This document shows, piece after piece, positions 37,610 through 47,765 of a stretch of DNA of 64,000 nt. Within the stretch, counting starts at the first letter, position 1. Every line of letters begins with the position of its first letter. The stretch comes from a virus. The translations under genes and the position numbers were made by a program. The notes under the pieces are model-generated. The model saw only the letters and a list, made by a program, of their open reading frames with translations, was not told the DNA's origin and ran no database searches. The DNA lies in the IMG/VR virus record IMGVR_UViG_3300050014_000073, positions 19,141 through 83,140 of that record, one strand, 5' to 3'.

Positions 37610-38102
37610 CATGGGAACGTTGGCAGAGTACCTGGTTGAGAAGTACAGTCCGGATCAGTCTCGCGCTGCGAATGGTGAGTTTGGTGAAGGTAGCATTGAG
37701 TTCAAGCCTTCTGCCCGGATGCAACGAGCCCTGGAATCGCGTGTTCCATGCGGAGTTGAAAAACAGCGTATCGCAGATGAGCAGGAACGGATAGTGAGCA
37801 AGGCCGTTGGTATCCCTCGTACGAAAGATAACTCTGCGTTCGACATGCGCAATGATGAAGTTGGTCTTGAACTTAAGTGTATGCAAGACAGTCGAAATGG
37901 CAAAATTACGATGTCAAAGACTGCCCTAGGTCGTAAGCTTGCTGAATCACAAGCTGAGGGGTTGAAGACTTACACCATCGTTGCAGATAAGCGTTCAGGA
38001 GGTGGCGGGACGCGTTACTACATCAAGTCCGGTCTCGGTTCATTTCACGTAAGCAATATGACTCCCACAACGCTGTCTGAAATACGGAGCATGGTTCGAT
38101 GA
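37602..38102 (+). CDS. putative head-packaged PD-(D/E)xK nuclease-like protein
   Basis: Leader MGTLAEYLVEK|YSPDQSRAANGEF, then E...FDMRNDEVGLELK restriction-endonuclease-type motif. Confidence 0.5.
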   Translation: MPNMGTLAEYLVEKYSPDQSRAANGEFGEGSIEFKPSARMQRALESRVPCGVEKQRIADEQERIVSKAVGIPRTKDNSAFDMRNDEVGLELKCMQDSRNGKITMSKTALGRKLAESQAEGLKTYTIVADKRSGGGGTRYYIKSGLGSFHVSNMTPTTLSEIRSMVR

Positions 38103-41100
38103 GCATCGAACTCACAAACGAAACTGGTTTGCTTGGGCAGGTGGCTAGCAATGCAGGCTACTCTGATCTCATCGAATCTGCGAAGGGCATCCCGGTTCTT
38201 AAGACTTTCTTTCAGCAGGGTGCTACTGAAGATGTTCCTCCTGTTGTTGAAGCTCTCAAGAAGCTGGACGGTCCGAAAGACGTTCTCGAAACGGCATTCT
38301 CTCTGGCGAAGCTGATGGAAGGACAGGAGCTGGTCATCATAACGGATGGAACCTCAGACGACGAAGTAGAAAAGGGTGGTCCTGGTTCCGGACCTCATGG
38401 ACAAGGCGGGAACAAGGTTGTTGCTTGGATTCAGCATCCAGCTTTGGGTGTTCGTTCAATAGGGAGATCTGGGAATTCATCAGCAGTACGGATTCCTACT
38501 CATGCGGAAGTTCTCGATCAAGCGCGAAAAGATACAGGGACGAATGTTAAGTACGACGCGCTAAATCGCGGCTATGCAACTGTTCGCGGAGGCTTTGCGA
38601 ACGTTGTGACTCATACTCAGGATTCGTCTAGGGCTCTCGTTGATCGCCCTATGCTGGATCACTCCGCCGTTGAAGAGCATCTGAAGAATACTTACGGAGC
38701 GAAGGACGCAATCTGGTTGACTGGGAAAGTCGCTGAGGCAGAGAACGAGGAGATTAACAAGATGAAGCTCTCGGTCATTCACTTCGGTTCCGATGCAGAC
38801 CTCCCAGCTTCGGTTCGCAATGCTATTCCTTCGTTCGCTCTGTCAGTCTTCCGCAATGCCTTCAATGAAGCGACAGGCAGCGGCAAGTCCGAGATGAACG
38901 CCTATATCAAGGGATACCGGGCTCTTGAAGACGCGGGCTATGTTTATGATGACGCAGGTAAATGGTCAGTGAAGAAGGACGGTCCTACTCTTGGAACGGT
39001 TCACATCAATCGACCTCTTGGTAGAGTACTCCCGAAAGATCAGAATGATCCTTTTGATGAGGCAATTGATGACGTTCTGCATCCGAAGAAGAGAATCAAA
39101 AAGATTGACCTCTCCCTTCCGTTGTTTGAGCATCTCATGATCGAGTGCGGGGATTTCACCCTGGGTGGTGACGTCGTGATGAAAGAAGATCAGATCACGG
39201 TGGACGTTCCTCTGTTCATTCGGCTTCTCGAACTTGCCCGCGAAGACATCAAGACCGATCCTCCAATCCACGAGGTCACCGAAAAGATCACTGAGCTGAT
39301 GGGCGACAAGACCTGCCTTGACATGGACGACTACGAAAAGATCGTATCCGTATTGAAGCGGAAGAAGAAAGAAAAGGACGATCCAGGAACCGAGGACGTT
39401 GACATCCCTGACGACATGTTCGTCGAGAACCCTCCTGCTGCTGGTCAGTCTACTACTTTGAAGAAACGTATCAGCGGCAACTCTGATATCGCACTCAACA
39501 CTAAGGGTCAGAAACTGGCCGACGCACTAGGGAAGCAGATTGCTCTTCGGGGCGGTCTCGATATTTTGTATTCCAGTCCTCTTCCCCGAGCTGTCGAAAC
39601 AGCCGACGCAATTATCGAAAATGCCAACACGAGTATCAAACGGGCTTCCCCGCTTCCAGCTCTTTGCCCTTGGCACCTAGGTGAGTATGAAGGACGGATG
39701 CCGGATGCTGTTCATAACCTAATCGACGGCTACATCGCCCATCCTGACGAAGCTCCTCCTGGAAAGTGTGCCGATGGCTCTCCATCCGAGTCATTCAACT
39801 CAGCTAAGAACCGGCAGCTTTCTTGCTTGAAGAAGCTCTATGAAGACTGGGCTGAACAGGACCCCACTCTCAAGATTGGTGTCGTGATGCACTCCCGGGG
39901 GATGGAACTCTTACAGTCCTGGGTTGACGAAGATTGCCCCGAAGACTTCGACCTGAAAGACTCTGATCTGGTTCATCCCGATGATCCCGAACACGCTACT
40001 ATGCTTCGCTGGCACAAAGACAATATCAAGGACGTGGATTTGGACGATGATGCTCCGCTGACTCCTGGAGTATATCTCATTCTTCACAGCTTGACTGATG
40101 ACGATACTGATGAGGGAAATCCTGAACTGACGAAGAGGCAGGAGAGAGAGGAGGCGATCCATTCCGTAGTTAAGAAATACCTCCCGCCTCTTGAGGTCCA
40201 TCAAGCTGCAAAACGCGCGTACGACGTGGGAATGGCAGTCATTGATATCACAGCTCCTTTGGCTGAAGGTGAAGGGCTTCCTGTTTCCGAAATTCAGAAG
40301 ATTGCTGATCACTTCGCTGAGACAACCTCTATTACCGAGCCGCAGACAACTCGTGATGCATGGGGCGGGAAATACGCAGCTAAGTGGGCAGCACGCGTCT
40401 TCAAGAAAGCTGCTAAGGACTTTCCAGAATGGCAAGGCATCGATTTGGACGGGACGTTATGCGAACCAACGGAACCTTATGATTCCACGAAAATCGGAAA
40501 GCCTATTGACGCGATGGTTGCACATGTCAAGTCTCTCCTCGCTGAAGGGAAGACGATCAAAATCTTCACCGCTCGTGTTGCTGACGATCCTGACGGTAAA
40601 GTCAAAGCTGCTATCGAAGCGTGGTGCAAAAGTCACCTCGGTCAAGTCCTACCTGTTACGAACGAGAAAGATCCCGGAATGATGGATCTCATCGATGACC
40701 GGAGCCACCGACCAGAAGAGGTTACCAAAGCTGGTGACGGAGTCATGGTTGCTCTATGGCCTGACCCTGATACCGCCAAACAGATTGCTGTAAAGGACGG
40801 TGAGTCTTCTGACGATCTTCATATCACGTTGGCGTACTTCGGTAAGAGTGTTGACGCGGATAAACTCCCGTTCTTGGAAGCAGCTCTCAAACACTTCGCT
40901 GAAACTCACTCTCCAATCAAGCTTCAGCTAGGTGGCTTGGGACGGTTCCCGGCCACTCCTTCGTCAGACGGTCAGGACGTTGCCTACCTAGGAGTTCACT
41001 CTCCCGAAATCCAGAAGTTCCGTCAAGACCTGGTTGACAGCGTAAAGGGAATGGGAGTTGATCCGAAAGCCAACTTCGGTTACAATCCGCACATGACGTT

Positions 41101-41686
41101 GAAATTCGTTGCTCCTCATGCGCCGCATCTGCTTCCTACTCCTGACTCGAAGAACTTGAAGTTCACTGAAATCGTGCTCAGTGTCGGAACGGAAAAGAAA
41201 GTCTTTCCTCTGACCGGTCTGAAAAGCGCAGTCACGAAGAATACTGATGAGTTCGAAATCTCTGGCGACATCATCAAGGTTGACAAAGACCGGCAAATGG
41301 TTTGGGGATGGTTTTCAATTGTTAGTGTTAATGGAAAGCCATTCGCTGATTCCCAGGGAGACGTAATCACGCCCGAAACAATCGAGGAGAGCGCATACGA
41401 CTTCGTTCTCAATGCTCGTAAGGGTGGTGAGATGCATGAAGCAAAGAAGGACGGTGATGTTGAAGGTGTAGGACGCCTTATCGAATCGGTAGTCTTCACG
41501 GATGAGAAACAGAAGGTAATGCAAGACAGCCTCCGTGAACAGGGGATTGATGCAGTACTCGCGCTGGGATGTGTGGCATGGTGGGGCGGAATGCACATAG
41601 ACGATTCTGACACCTGGGATAAGGTAAAGACTGGGAAGCTTCGTGCCTGGTCAATAGGCGGGCGTGGAAAAAGAGCTTCTCTGTAA
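38099..41686 (+). CDS. polyvalent head protein: ChaB-like + His-phosphatase-like + HAD-like + 2H phosphoesterase + C-terminal XkdF-like protease
   Basis: DLPASVRNAIP...FRNAFN (ChaB); LYSSPLPRAVETA..WHLGEYEG (His phosphatase); GIDLDGTL..IFTARV..IDDR (HAD); LHITLAY...PHMTL (2H); DSQGDVI...GEMH...VKTGKLRAWSIGG (XkdF). Confidence 0.8.
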   Translation: MSIELTNETGLLGQVASNAGYSDLIESAKGIPVLKTFFQQGATEDVPPVVEALKKLDGPKDVLETAFSLAKLMEGQELVIITDGTSDDEVEKGGPGSGPHGQGGNKVVAWIQHPALGVRSIGRSGNSSAVRIPTHAEVLDQARKDTGTNVKYDALNRGYATVRGGFANVVTHTQDSSRALVDRPMLDHSAVEEHLKNTYGAKDAIWLTGKVAEAENEEINKMKLSVIHFGSDADLPASVRNAIPSFALSVFRNAFNEATGSGKSEMNAYIKGYRALEDAGYVYDDAGKWSVKKDGPTLGTVHINRPLGRVLPKDQNDPFDEAIDDVLHPKKRIKKIDLSLPLFEHLMIECGDFTLGGDVVMKEDQITVDVPLFIRLLELAREDIKTDPPIHEVTEKITELMGDKTCLDMDDYEKIVSVLKRKKKEKDDPGTEDVDIPDDMFVENPPAAGQSTTLKKRISGNSDIALNTKGQKLADALGKQIALRGGLDILYSSPLPRAVETADAIIENANTSIKRASPLPALCPWHLGEYEGRMPDAVHNLIDGYIAHPDEAPPGKCADGSPSESFNSAKNRQLSCLKKLYEDWAEQDPTLKIGVVMHSRGMELLQSWVDEDCPEDFDLKDSDLVHPDDPEHATMLRWHKDNIKDVDLDDDAPLTPGVYLILHSLTDDDTDEGNPELTKRQEREEAIHSVVKKYLPPLEVHQAAKRAYDVGMAVIDITAPLAEGEGLPVSEIQKIADHFAETTSITEPQTTRDAWGGKYAAKWAARVFKKAAKDFPEWQGIDLDGTLCEPTEPYDSTKIGKPIDAMVAHVKSLLAEGKTIKIFTARVADDPDGKVKAAIEAWCKSHLGQVLPVTNEKDPGMMDLIDDRSHRPEEVTKAGDGVMVALWPDPDTAKQIAVKDGESSDDLHITLAYFGKSVDADKLPFLEAALKHFAETHSPIKLQLGGLGRFPATPSSDGQDVAYLGVHSPEIQKFRQDLVDSVKGMGVDPKANFGYNPHMTLKFVAPHAPHLLPTPDSKNLKFTEIVLSVGTEKKVFPLTGLKSAVTKNTDEFEISGDIIKVDKDRQMVWGWFSIVSVNGKPFADSQGDVITPETIEESAYDFVLNARKGGEMHEAKKDGDVEGVGRLIESVVFTDEKQKVMQDSLREQGIDAVLALGCVAWWGGMHIDDSDTWDKVKTGKLRAWSIGGRGKRASL

Positions 41687-41759
41687 GAAATTTCTGGGAT
41701 TCGCCCACCAGCCTGCGCCTCACGGGGACGGACAAGGATGGGCCACCCTTAAGATAGAC

Positions 41760-42134
41760 ATGACTGATTTATCCATCGTACTGACGGCAGCTGGCATGGC
41801 GTCAGCCGCGACCGCTTGGGTGTCAATCCAAGTTACCCGCTCCGCTGCCGCTGCACGTAAAGAAGCATGCCGTGTAGCTAAAGAATTACAGCACTTCAAA
41901 GAGCACTTGCCGGTTTACCTGAATGGCACGTATCGCCGCACGCCAGAATGTGAACTCTTGCACAAGTCTGTTGAGAAACAATTTTCTTCTCTGCCTGCAT
42001 TACTGGCTGGGTCGGAAGAGTTCCGCCGCCTTATAAGCGTTTCTGTATCAGACGGCATCGTTTCTGTATCAGACGGCATCTGGGCTTCAAAGGCTAGGCG
42101 GCATTCGCATGGGGTGTCAGATGAAACTAAGTAG
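41760..42134 (+). CDS. membrane-anchored hypothetical protein
   Basis: N-terminal hydrophobic helix; internal 21-bp tandem duplication at 42038-42079. Confidence 0.5.
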   Translation: MTDLSIVLTAAGMASAATAWVSIQVTRSAAAARKEACRVAKELQHFKEHLPVYLNGTYRRTPECELLHKSVEKQFSSLPALLAGSEEFRRLISVSVSDGIVSVSDGIWASKARRHSHGVSDETK

Positions 42135-42690
42135 AGTTTGGATCACCATGCTGTGCGTCTTGCTTTTGTGGACAGTGGTGTCCTTTGCAGAATCAAAAGT
42201 CGAAGTTGACCCCCGCGCCAAGTTGGCTGCTTCCGAATCCGCCCGAGCACAGGCGTTGCAAGAGAAAGCATCTCTGTCCGCCGCCATAGTGCGGTTAAAC
42301 AAAAGCCAATCCGTTACAAGGACAGCTTCCCAGGATGCTGGACTTGCCCAAGACACAGCAGAGAGCACTGCCCTTATTATTCAAAAAGCGGCAGCCGATG
42401 CTAGTTCGGCAGCAGTTCTCGCTGAGATTGAGGCAAACCGATTCAATAGCAATGCAATGGCGCTGATTGGTGTGCAGGCCCTTGTCTTATTGGGAATATT
42501 AGGAGGCTTTATAAACAGCGCATACTCATCTTCACGTGATCACAAGTGGGCTATGGATGCCACTGCCCGGACGGAAAAGCAAGTCCAGGAAACGCACTCT
42601 GTTATGAGGGCAGTGGAGAAGAATACAAACTCCATGGTTGAAAAAGATGCAAGCGTCGTCTTACAGGGAAGGATTTACTGCGGGGTCTAA
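42121..42690 (+). CDS. membrane/exported coiled-coil protein
   Basis: Signal/TM helix, Ala-rich coiled coil, second TM helix. Confidence 0.55.
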   Translation: MKLSRVWITMLCVLLLWTVVSFAESKVEVDPRAKLAASESARAQALQEKASLSAAIVRLNKSQSVTRTASQDAGLAQDTAESTALIIQKAAADASSAAVLAEIEANRFNSNAMALIGVQALVLLGILGGFINSAYSSSRDHKWAMDATARTEKQVQETHSVMRAVEKNTNSMVEKDASVVLQGRIYCGV

Positions 42691-42710
42691 AGAGTGAGAG
42701 GAGGACAACA

Positions 42711-42977
42711 ATGATTTCTAAACTTACGGCCAAAAAGAAAGCAGCGGCAGTGAAATTGAAGTTGAAAAAGCTTGTTGCTGTGCAAGAGCACATTCGTTTG
42801 GAGCACGAAGCTGTGGTGAAAGACATTGAAGAGGTTGAGGTTGCGCTCCACAACCACGAAATCCAACAAGAGGCAGATGAACCGGAACCTGTGATCATAG
42901 AAAATGATCCTGTCATACAGGAGAAGCCTGTTGTTCTGGAACGCTCGCGGTGGCAACGATTTCTGGATTCGTTTTGA
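42711..42977 (+). CDS. hypothetical coiled-coil protein
   Basis: GGAGG RBS; 88 aa. Confidence 0.55.
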   Translation: MISKLTAKKKAAAVKLKLKKLVAVQEHIRLEHEAVVKDIEEVEVALHNHEIQQEADEPEPVIIENDPVIQEKPVVLERSRWQRFLDSF

Positions 42978-43008
42978 TAGCGTGAATCCACACTTAAAGG
43001 AGTAAACA

Positions 43009-44631
43009 ATGCCTCAGTCACTCAGCGAACTTCGGGTCAACGAGATTTCATTAGTTGACGCCCCGGCCTGCCGCCAGGTAGTCGATGGGAAGAAGATCCC
43101 GAGAGCAACTGTTGCGATCTGGAAACGAGACTCTTCCAACTTTGATGATGTTCTCAAAGCCGCCAAGGGTGTCAAGTTCCTGATCGGTTCCAAGGATGAC
43201 GTCTCTAAGGTCCAGTCTGTCGTATTCGACGCCGCTCAGTGGAACGAGACTTCTGCTAAGAAGTGGCTGACGGACAACATATTCAAAGCAGAGACGATGG
43301 ACAAGACGGAGAAAACTCTGCGGTTCCGTCAGGAGGACGCAGGACAGTTCACTCGGTTCACGGTTGTGGACTCAGGTCAGTTCCAGAAAGCTGAGGCTGA
43401 GGAGTGGGACGACAAGGACGAGACTTGCAAGGCAGTCGATGGGAAGACGTATGACGGGACGTCTTATCCAAAGAGCGACTTTGCCTACACTCCAACGGAC
43501 ACACCATCCGATTGGAAACTACGACTTACGAAAACTCCAGGTGGCAGGCCCGACGCTGGTATTGTTGGCGCGGCGGTAGCTGCTCTGGGAAAAGGATTCC
43601 GGGGGAAGAAAGTCATTATTCCGGCCGACGCGCTCCCCGGCGTGAAAGCCAAGGTCAGTGCCGCATGGCACAAAGCAAACCCGGACCGTAAGGAAGAAGA
43701 GCTTCCTCCGATCCTCAAATCCGAACAAGGAGAAAATAACACCATGACTCTAGCCGAATTGGAGACGAAGGTCACCAAGTTGGATGAGAACGTCGTGTCT
43801 CTGACTAGCGAGCGCGATGTTCTGAAAGCCGAGAACGCCTTGGTTCTCAAGATGTCGAAGAAGGAGCGCAAGCTCTACGCTTCGATGGACGAGGCCAAGC
43901 GCAAAGACTACATGACTGCCGACGAACAGAAGCGCAAAGCGCTCCTCGACGGTGCGCAGTCCCAGAAACGCCAGAAGAAGCTCTGTGACACAATGGATGA
44001 AGCCACCAAGGGCGCATTCGAGAAAGCAGGGCCGAAGGAACGCGCTACGATGCTGGCTGACGCCGACGCAAAGTGCAAGGCAGCGAAGGCCGGCAAGAAA
44101 AAGTCGGGTTCCAAGTCAGTTCCCAAGCCGGGCGATGCTGATTTCGATCCTGACGGTGACGATGACAACGACAGTGGTGATGACGAGGCAACCAAGACGC
44201 TGACCAAGAAGCTTGCCGCTGCCGAAGACAAGATCGCCAAGAACGATGCTCAGTTGGAAGTGATGACCAAGCGCGACCGGCTGGTCAGCTTCACCAAGCG
44301 GGCTGAATCCGAACTGCCTAACACTCCCGGAACGCCGGAAGAGAAGGGTGACATTCTCATGAAGCTGGCAGACAGCTTCGGGGAGAAGTCCGAGACTTTC
44401 ACGAAGATGCTCTCGCAGTTGAAGAAAGCTGACGAGGCTTTCAAGAGCAGCTTCTCTGAAATCGGAAAGACCGGTGGCAACATCCCGGCAGCGGCAGCTT
44501 GGATGGCCAAAGTCGCGGAGATTCAGAAGCGCGACAACATCAGTGAGGGGCAGGCTTCGTTGAAAGCCTATGAAGAGGCTCCCGATCTGGTCATGGACTA
44601 CGACCGCCAGCGTCCGGCGATGCGGGTCTAA
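43009..44631 (+). CDS. capsid scaffolding / maturation protein
   Basis: N-terminal EISLVDAPA, KSDFAY...WKLRL module, long charged coiled coil; directly upstream of the capsid genes. Confidence 0.75.
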   Translation: MPQSLSELRVNEISLVDAPACRQVVDGKKIPRATVAIWKRDSSNFDDVLKAAKGVKFLIGSKDDVSKVQSVVFDAAQWNETSAKKWLTDNIFKAETMDKTEKTLRFRQEDAGQFTRFTVVDSGQFQKAEAEEWDDKDETCKAVDGKTYDGTSYPKSDFAYTPTDTPSDWKLRLTKTPGGRPDAGIVGAAVAALGKGFRGKKVIIPADALPGVKAKVSAAWHKANPDRKEEELPPILKSEQGENNTMTLAELETKVTKLDENVVSLTSERDVLKAENALVLKMSKKERKLYASMDEAKRKDYMTADEQKRKALLDGAQSQKRQKKLCDTMDEATKGAFEKAGPKERATMLADADAKCKAAKAGKKKSGSKSVPKPGDADFDPDGDDDNDSGDDEATKTLTKKLAAAEDKIAKNDAQLEVMTKRDRLVSFTKRAESELPNTPGTPEEKGDILMKLADSFGEKSETFTKMLSQLKKADEAFKSSFSEIGKTGGNIPAAAAWMAKVAEIQKRDNISEGQASLKAYEEAPDLVMDYDRQRPAMRV

Positions 44632-44695
44632 CTTCGGAGAGCCTTCCGCCAAAGAGGGCTCGCCAGAACAAATTCACTAACAGGAGAACAACTCA

Positions 44696-45085
44696 ATGGC
44701 TTACGATCTCGTACGAACCAAATCGATCGTTTCCGCAATCAACTGCCAGCCGTCGATTCCGACTCAGGGCTCCCCTTTGCAGTACATCTTCGTTGCCCTG
44801 AACTCGTCTGGACAGCTTGTCAAACCGAATCCCTACGGGTATTCCATCGGCGTGTTGCAAGACACTCCGGCCATCGGGGACCCCGGTGCTGTCTGCTATC
44901 CTGGCGACCTCACAAAGGTCTTGGCAGGCGTTGGTGGTCTGGCTGCTGGTCAATACGTTTCAACCGACCAGAATGGCTATGGCATCGGCGCCGTTTCCGG
45001 AGCTGCTATGCTCGGCCAGTGCGTTATCGCTGCTGCTCAGGGCGGACTCGCAGTCATTCTGTACCAGCCGGGAGTCACGCCGTAA
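44696..45085 (+). CDS. capsid decoration / cement protein
   Basis: IGVLQ..P..G....V...G..KV.AG...AGQ.V.TD.NG pattern; precedes the MCP. Confidence 0.75.
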   Translation: MAYDLVRTKSIVSAINCQPSIPTQGSPLQYIFVALNSSGQLVKPNPYGYSIGVLQDTPAIGDPGAVCYPGDLTKVLAGVGGLAAGQYVSTDQNGYGIGAVSGAAMLGQCVIAAAQGGLAVILYQPGVTP

Positions 45086-45146
45086 CCGAGGCTCTTAAGT
45101 TCTGGAGACTCAAAACCAATAACAACTTTACGAGGAGAACAAAGAG

Positions 45147-46169
45147 ATGCCTCTACCGACTTTATCAGATGTACACGTAAACCGACCTTTGACGATGATG
45201 TCCGTCGGTTACTATCAAGACGCAAAAGACTTCGTCGCGGGTCAGGTGTTCCCGTCCATTCCGGTTCCCAACAAATCGGACATGTACTTCGTCTACAACC
45301 GTGGCGACTTCTTCCGCAACAACATGGCCCTGCGCGCTCCCGGAACTCCGGCCGTCGCGAGCGGCTACAAACTGGCGACCAAGACGTATATCACCAACGT
45401 CTGGGCACTGAAGAAAATCATCGACGACCAGATCCGAGCCAACAGCGACAACCCGTTGCAGCCGGATCGCGATGCGACGTTCTGGCTGACTCAACAGTCG
45501 CTGGTCAACCGTGACGTCAATTGGGCGGCAGCTTACTTCACCACGGGTGTTTGGGGGACTGCTGGCTCCACCGATATGGTAGGAGTCACTGGTACGCCGA
45601 CTGGTCAACAGTTCCTTCGCTGGGATGCTTCCGGGTCCGATCCCGTCAATGACATCCTCACTCAGCAGCTCACGATCAAACAGAACACCGGACTCTGGCC
45701 CAACACGCTGGTTCTCGGTGCCTGGGCTTACATCAAGCTGCTCACCAATGCTTCAATCATTGACCGCTTGAAATATGGCCAGACTGCTCCTGGACCCGTC
45801 ACGGTTCAGACGTCGGATCTCGAAGCCTTGTTCAAAGTCAAGCGCGTTCTGGTCATGGCTGGTATTCAGACAGCATCGGCCGAAAACACCCAGCTCGACT
45901 CTGACGGGACCGTTCCCGATACGTTCTCGTTCATCGCAGGCAAGAACGCCCTCTTGGCGTATGCCGCAGACGCTCCCGGAATCTTTGCCGCCAGTGCAGG
46001 CTATACCTTCAACTGGACGGGACTGACGGGTGCTACTGCTGCCGGAATGCGCATCAAGAAGTTCCGGTGGGAAGTGGATGCTGCGGATCACGTCGAGATC
46101 GAATCGGCTTACGCTTTCGGTCAGGTAGGACCCGATCTTGGCGTGTTCTTCAGCGGCGTGACGTCGTAG
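45147..46169 (+). CDS. major capsid protein
   Basis: DVHVNRPLT.MSVGY.Q...FVA.QVFP.IPV..KSD.Y, PNTLVLG; 340 aa; head-gene synteny. Confidence 0.9.
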   Translation: MPLPTLSDVHVNRPLTMMSVGYYQDAKDFVAGQVFPSIPVPNKSDMYFVYNRGDFFRNNMALRAPGTPAVASGYKLATKTYITNVWALKKIIDDQIRANSDNPLQPDRDATFWLTQQSLVNRDVNWAAAYFTTGVWGTAGSTDMVGVTGTPTGQQFLRWDASGSDPVNDILTQQLTIKQNTGLWPNTLVLGAWAYIKLLTNASIIDRLKYGQTAPGPVTVQTSDLEALFKVKRVLVMAGIQTASAENTQLDSDGTVPDTFSFIAGKNALLAYAADAPGIFAASAGYTFNWTGLTGATAAGMRIKKFRWEVDAADHVEIESAYAFGQVGPDLGVFFSGVTS

Positions 46170-46196
46170 TTCCAGAAGTTCAATAGGAGTTAAAAC

Positions 46197-46658
46197 ATGC
46201 CGTTGCTTTGTGATCGTCCGCTTCTCCGAGAGCCTGACTACCGAGTTGCCCGATTCGTAGTTAGCAAGGTGAGTGGATTGAACGTCAACGGGCAAAGTCT
46301 CCAGCGCGGGGACGAGGTACCAGAAGGGGCGCTGTCAGCTCACGCCTTACAGCAGGCTTACGAGCGCCCTCTCCGGCAGATCGAACGGATTGACTTCGCC
46401 TTCCGTGACCCTGACCTTCGTGTAGCATGCGAGAGTCGGGGAGTCATTTTCAATCCTGATGAGGAGGTTGCGGCTCCGCAACAGACTGCTCCTCCTCAAC
46501 CTCAAGCTCAGAATCAAATTGTCTTTCATCCCGATCCGGAAAGCCTCAACAAAGAAGAGCTGATGGATCTCTGCCGACAGAACGGGATTGCAGATTCCGG
46601 AAGTCAAAAGAAGCTGCTCAAGCGGCTACAAGAACATTACACGGAGGTATCGAAATGA
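46197..46658 (+). CDS. protein with C-terminal SAP/HeH-like domain
   Basis: LNKEELMDLCRQNGI..SGSQKKLLKRL. Confidence 0.65.
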   Translation: MPLLCDRPLLREPDYRVARFVVSKVSGLNVNGQSLQRGDEVPEGALSAHALQQAYERPLRQIERIDFAFRDPDLRVACESRGVIFNPDEEVAAPQQTAPPQPQAQNQIVFHPDPESLNKEELMDLCRQNGIADSGSQKKLLKRLQEHYTEVSK

Positions 46659-47077
46659 GTTCAATGCTGACGACGTTACTGCTAGCTGATGCAGTAAGCA
46701 AAGGTGGACCAGGATCTGGTCCTCGACCCGGTAACGGGCCAACTAAGAAAGAAACGGATTCTGCGCTTCGTTCATTATATAATCGGGATGATCCAGTTCG
46801 TTACAATCCTCCTAAAGAAGCAGGTGCTGCTTCTAAATTAGCAGAGGATCACTCGAAAGACGCTCGCGTTGTTGCAGCAGGTGCAGAAGCAGCTCGTAAT
46901 GATACGCACCTGAATGATCAGGCATCGAAGGCAGCTGGGGTGGCACAGTACGCGCATCAACGGGCAGCTACTGCTCAGAGTAAGGCGGGAAACAGCGAAA
47001 AAGCAGCTTACCACTCAGATCAAGCGAAACAATTTCGTTCGATGTATTCCCGTTACGGTCGCCGCGCTGGATATTAA
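46655..47077 (+). CDS. putative internal head protein with conserved leader
   Basis: MSSMLTTLLLADAVSK|GGPGSGP; basic Ala/His-rich helical body. Confidence 0.6.
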   Translation: MSSMLTTLLLADAVSKGGPGSGPRPGNGPTKKETDSALRSLYNRDDPVRYNPPKEAGAASKLAEDHSKDARVVAAGAEAARNDTHLNDQASKAAGVAQYAHQRAATAQSKAGNSEKAAYHSDQAKQFRSMYSRYGRRAGY

Positions 47078-47713
47078 ATGACTTCCACCTTCATCATTGG
47101 CGGCGGTCCTTCAGCTCAGGAGTTTGACTTCTCAGTCATTGGCAATCATCAGGTCATTCTTGTGAACGGTCACTATCACTTCTGCGTAAAGACTGCGGCT
47201 GCGTTGTTTTCTCTTGACCGCAAGTGGATTCTACGCAGCCGCGATTTTATCACTTCATGGAAGGGACCGAAGTTCCTGGCAACTCCCGTGATGGAATGGC
47301 TCAATCCTCCGATCCCAGGAGTAGCATACCTGAAGACTGACAGCGCGAAGGGTTTGAGCGATGACCCGAATACCGTTCGAGGAAACAACTCCGGCCACGC
47401 AGCCCTGAACCTCGCAGTTCATCAGGGAGCCAAACAGATCTATCTCGTTGGGTTCGACATGGACTCAACAGTAGATTCCCATGAGCACGAGTTCCCGTAC
47501 TGGATCGACGACTTCCGCAAAACAGTTCCATTCCTGGAAGCAAAAGGAATCTCGGTCATCAACTTGAACAAAAACTCTACAATAGACGCCTTCCCGCGAC
47601 TTACGGTTCAGGAAGCAGGAATTGGCCGTTTAGCGATCCTAGGATGCGTTGCAGTTGACAGCCCTATGAAATATACCTTTTCGACCTCTCCGGACTGTCC
47701 TGCGGTCGCCTAG
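47078..47713 (+). CDS. Maf/MptE-like (CstII-fold) glycosyltransferase-like protein
   Basis: FIIGGGPS, VN, NSGHAALNLA..GAKQIYLVGFDM. Confidence 0.7.
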   Translation: MTSTFIIGGGPSAQEFDFSVIGNHQVILVNGHYHFCVKTAAALFSLDRKWILRSRDFITSWKGPKFLATPVMEWLNPPIPGVAYLKTDSAKGLSDDPNTVRGNNSGHAALNLAVHQGAKQIYLVGFDMDSTVDSHEHEFPYWIDDFRKTVPFLEAKGISVINLNKNSTIDAFPRLTVQEAGIGRLAILGCVAVDSPMKYTFSTSPDCPAVA

Positions 47714-47765
47714 CGAGTCAAAAACAGAGTTCTAGACCGTCTCAGAAGCGTAACGGAGACAAATT

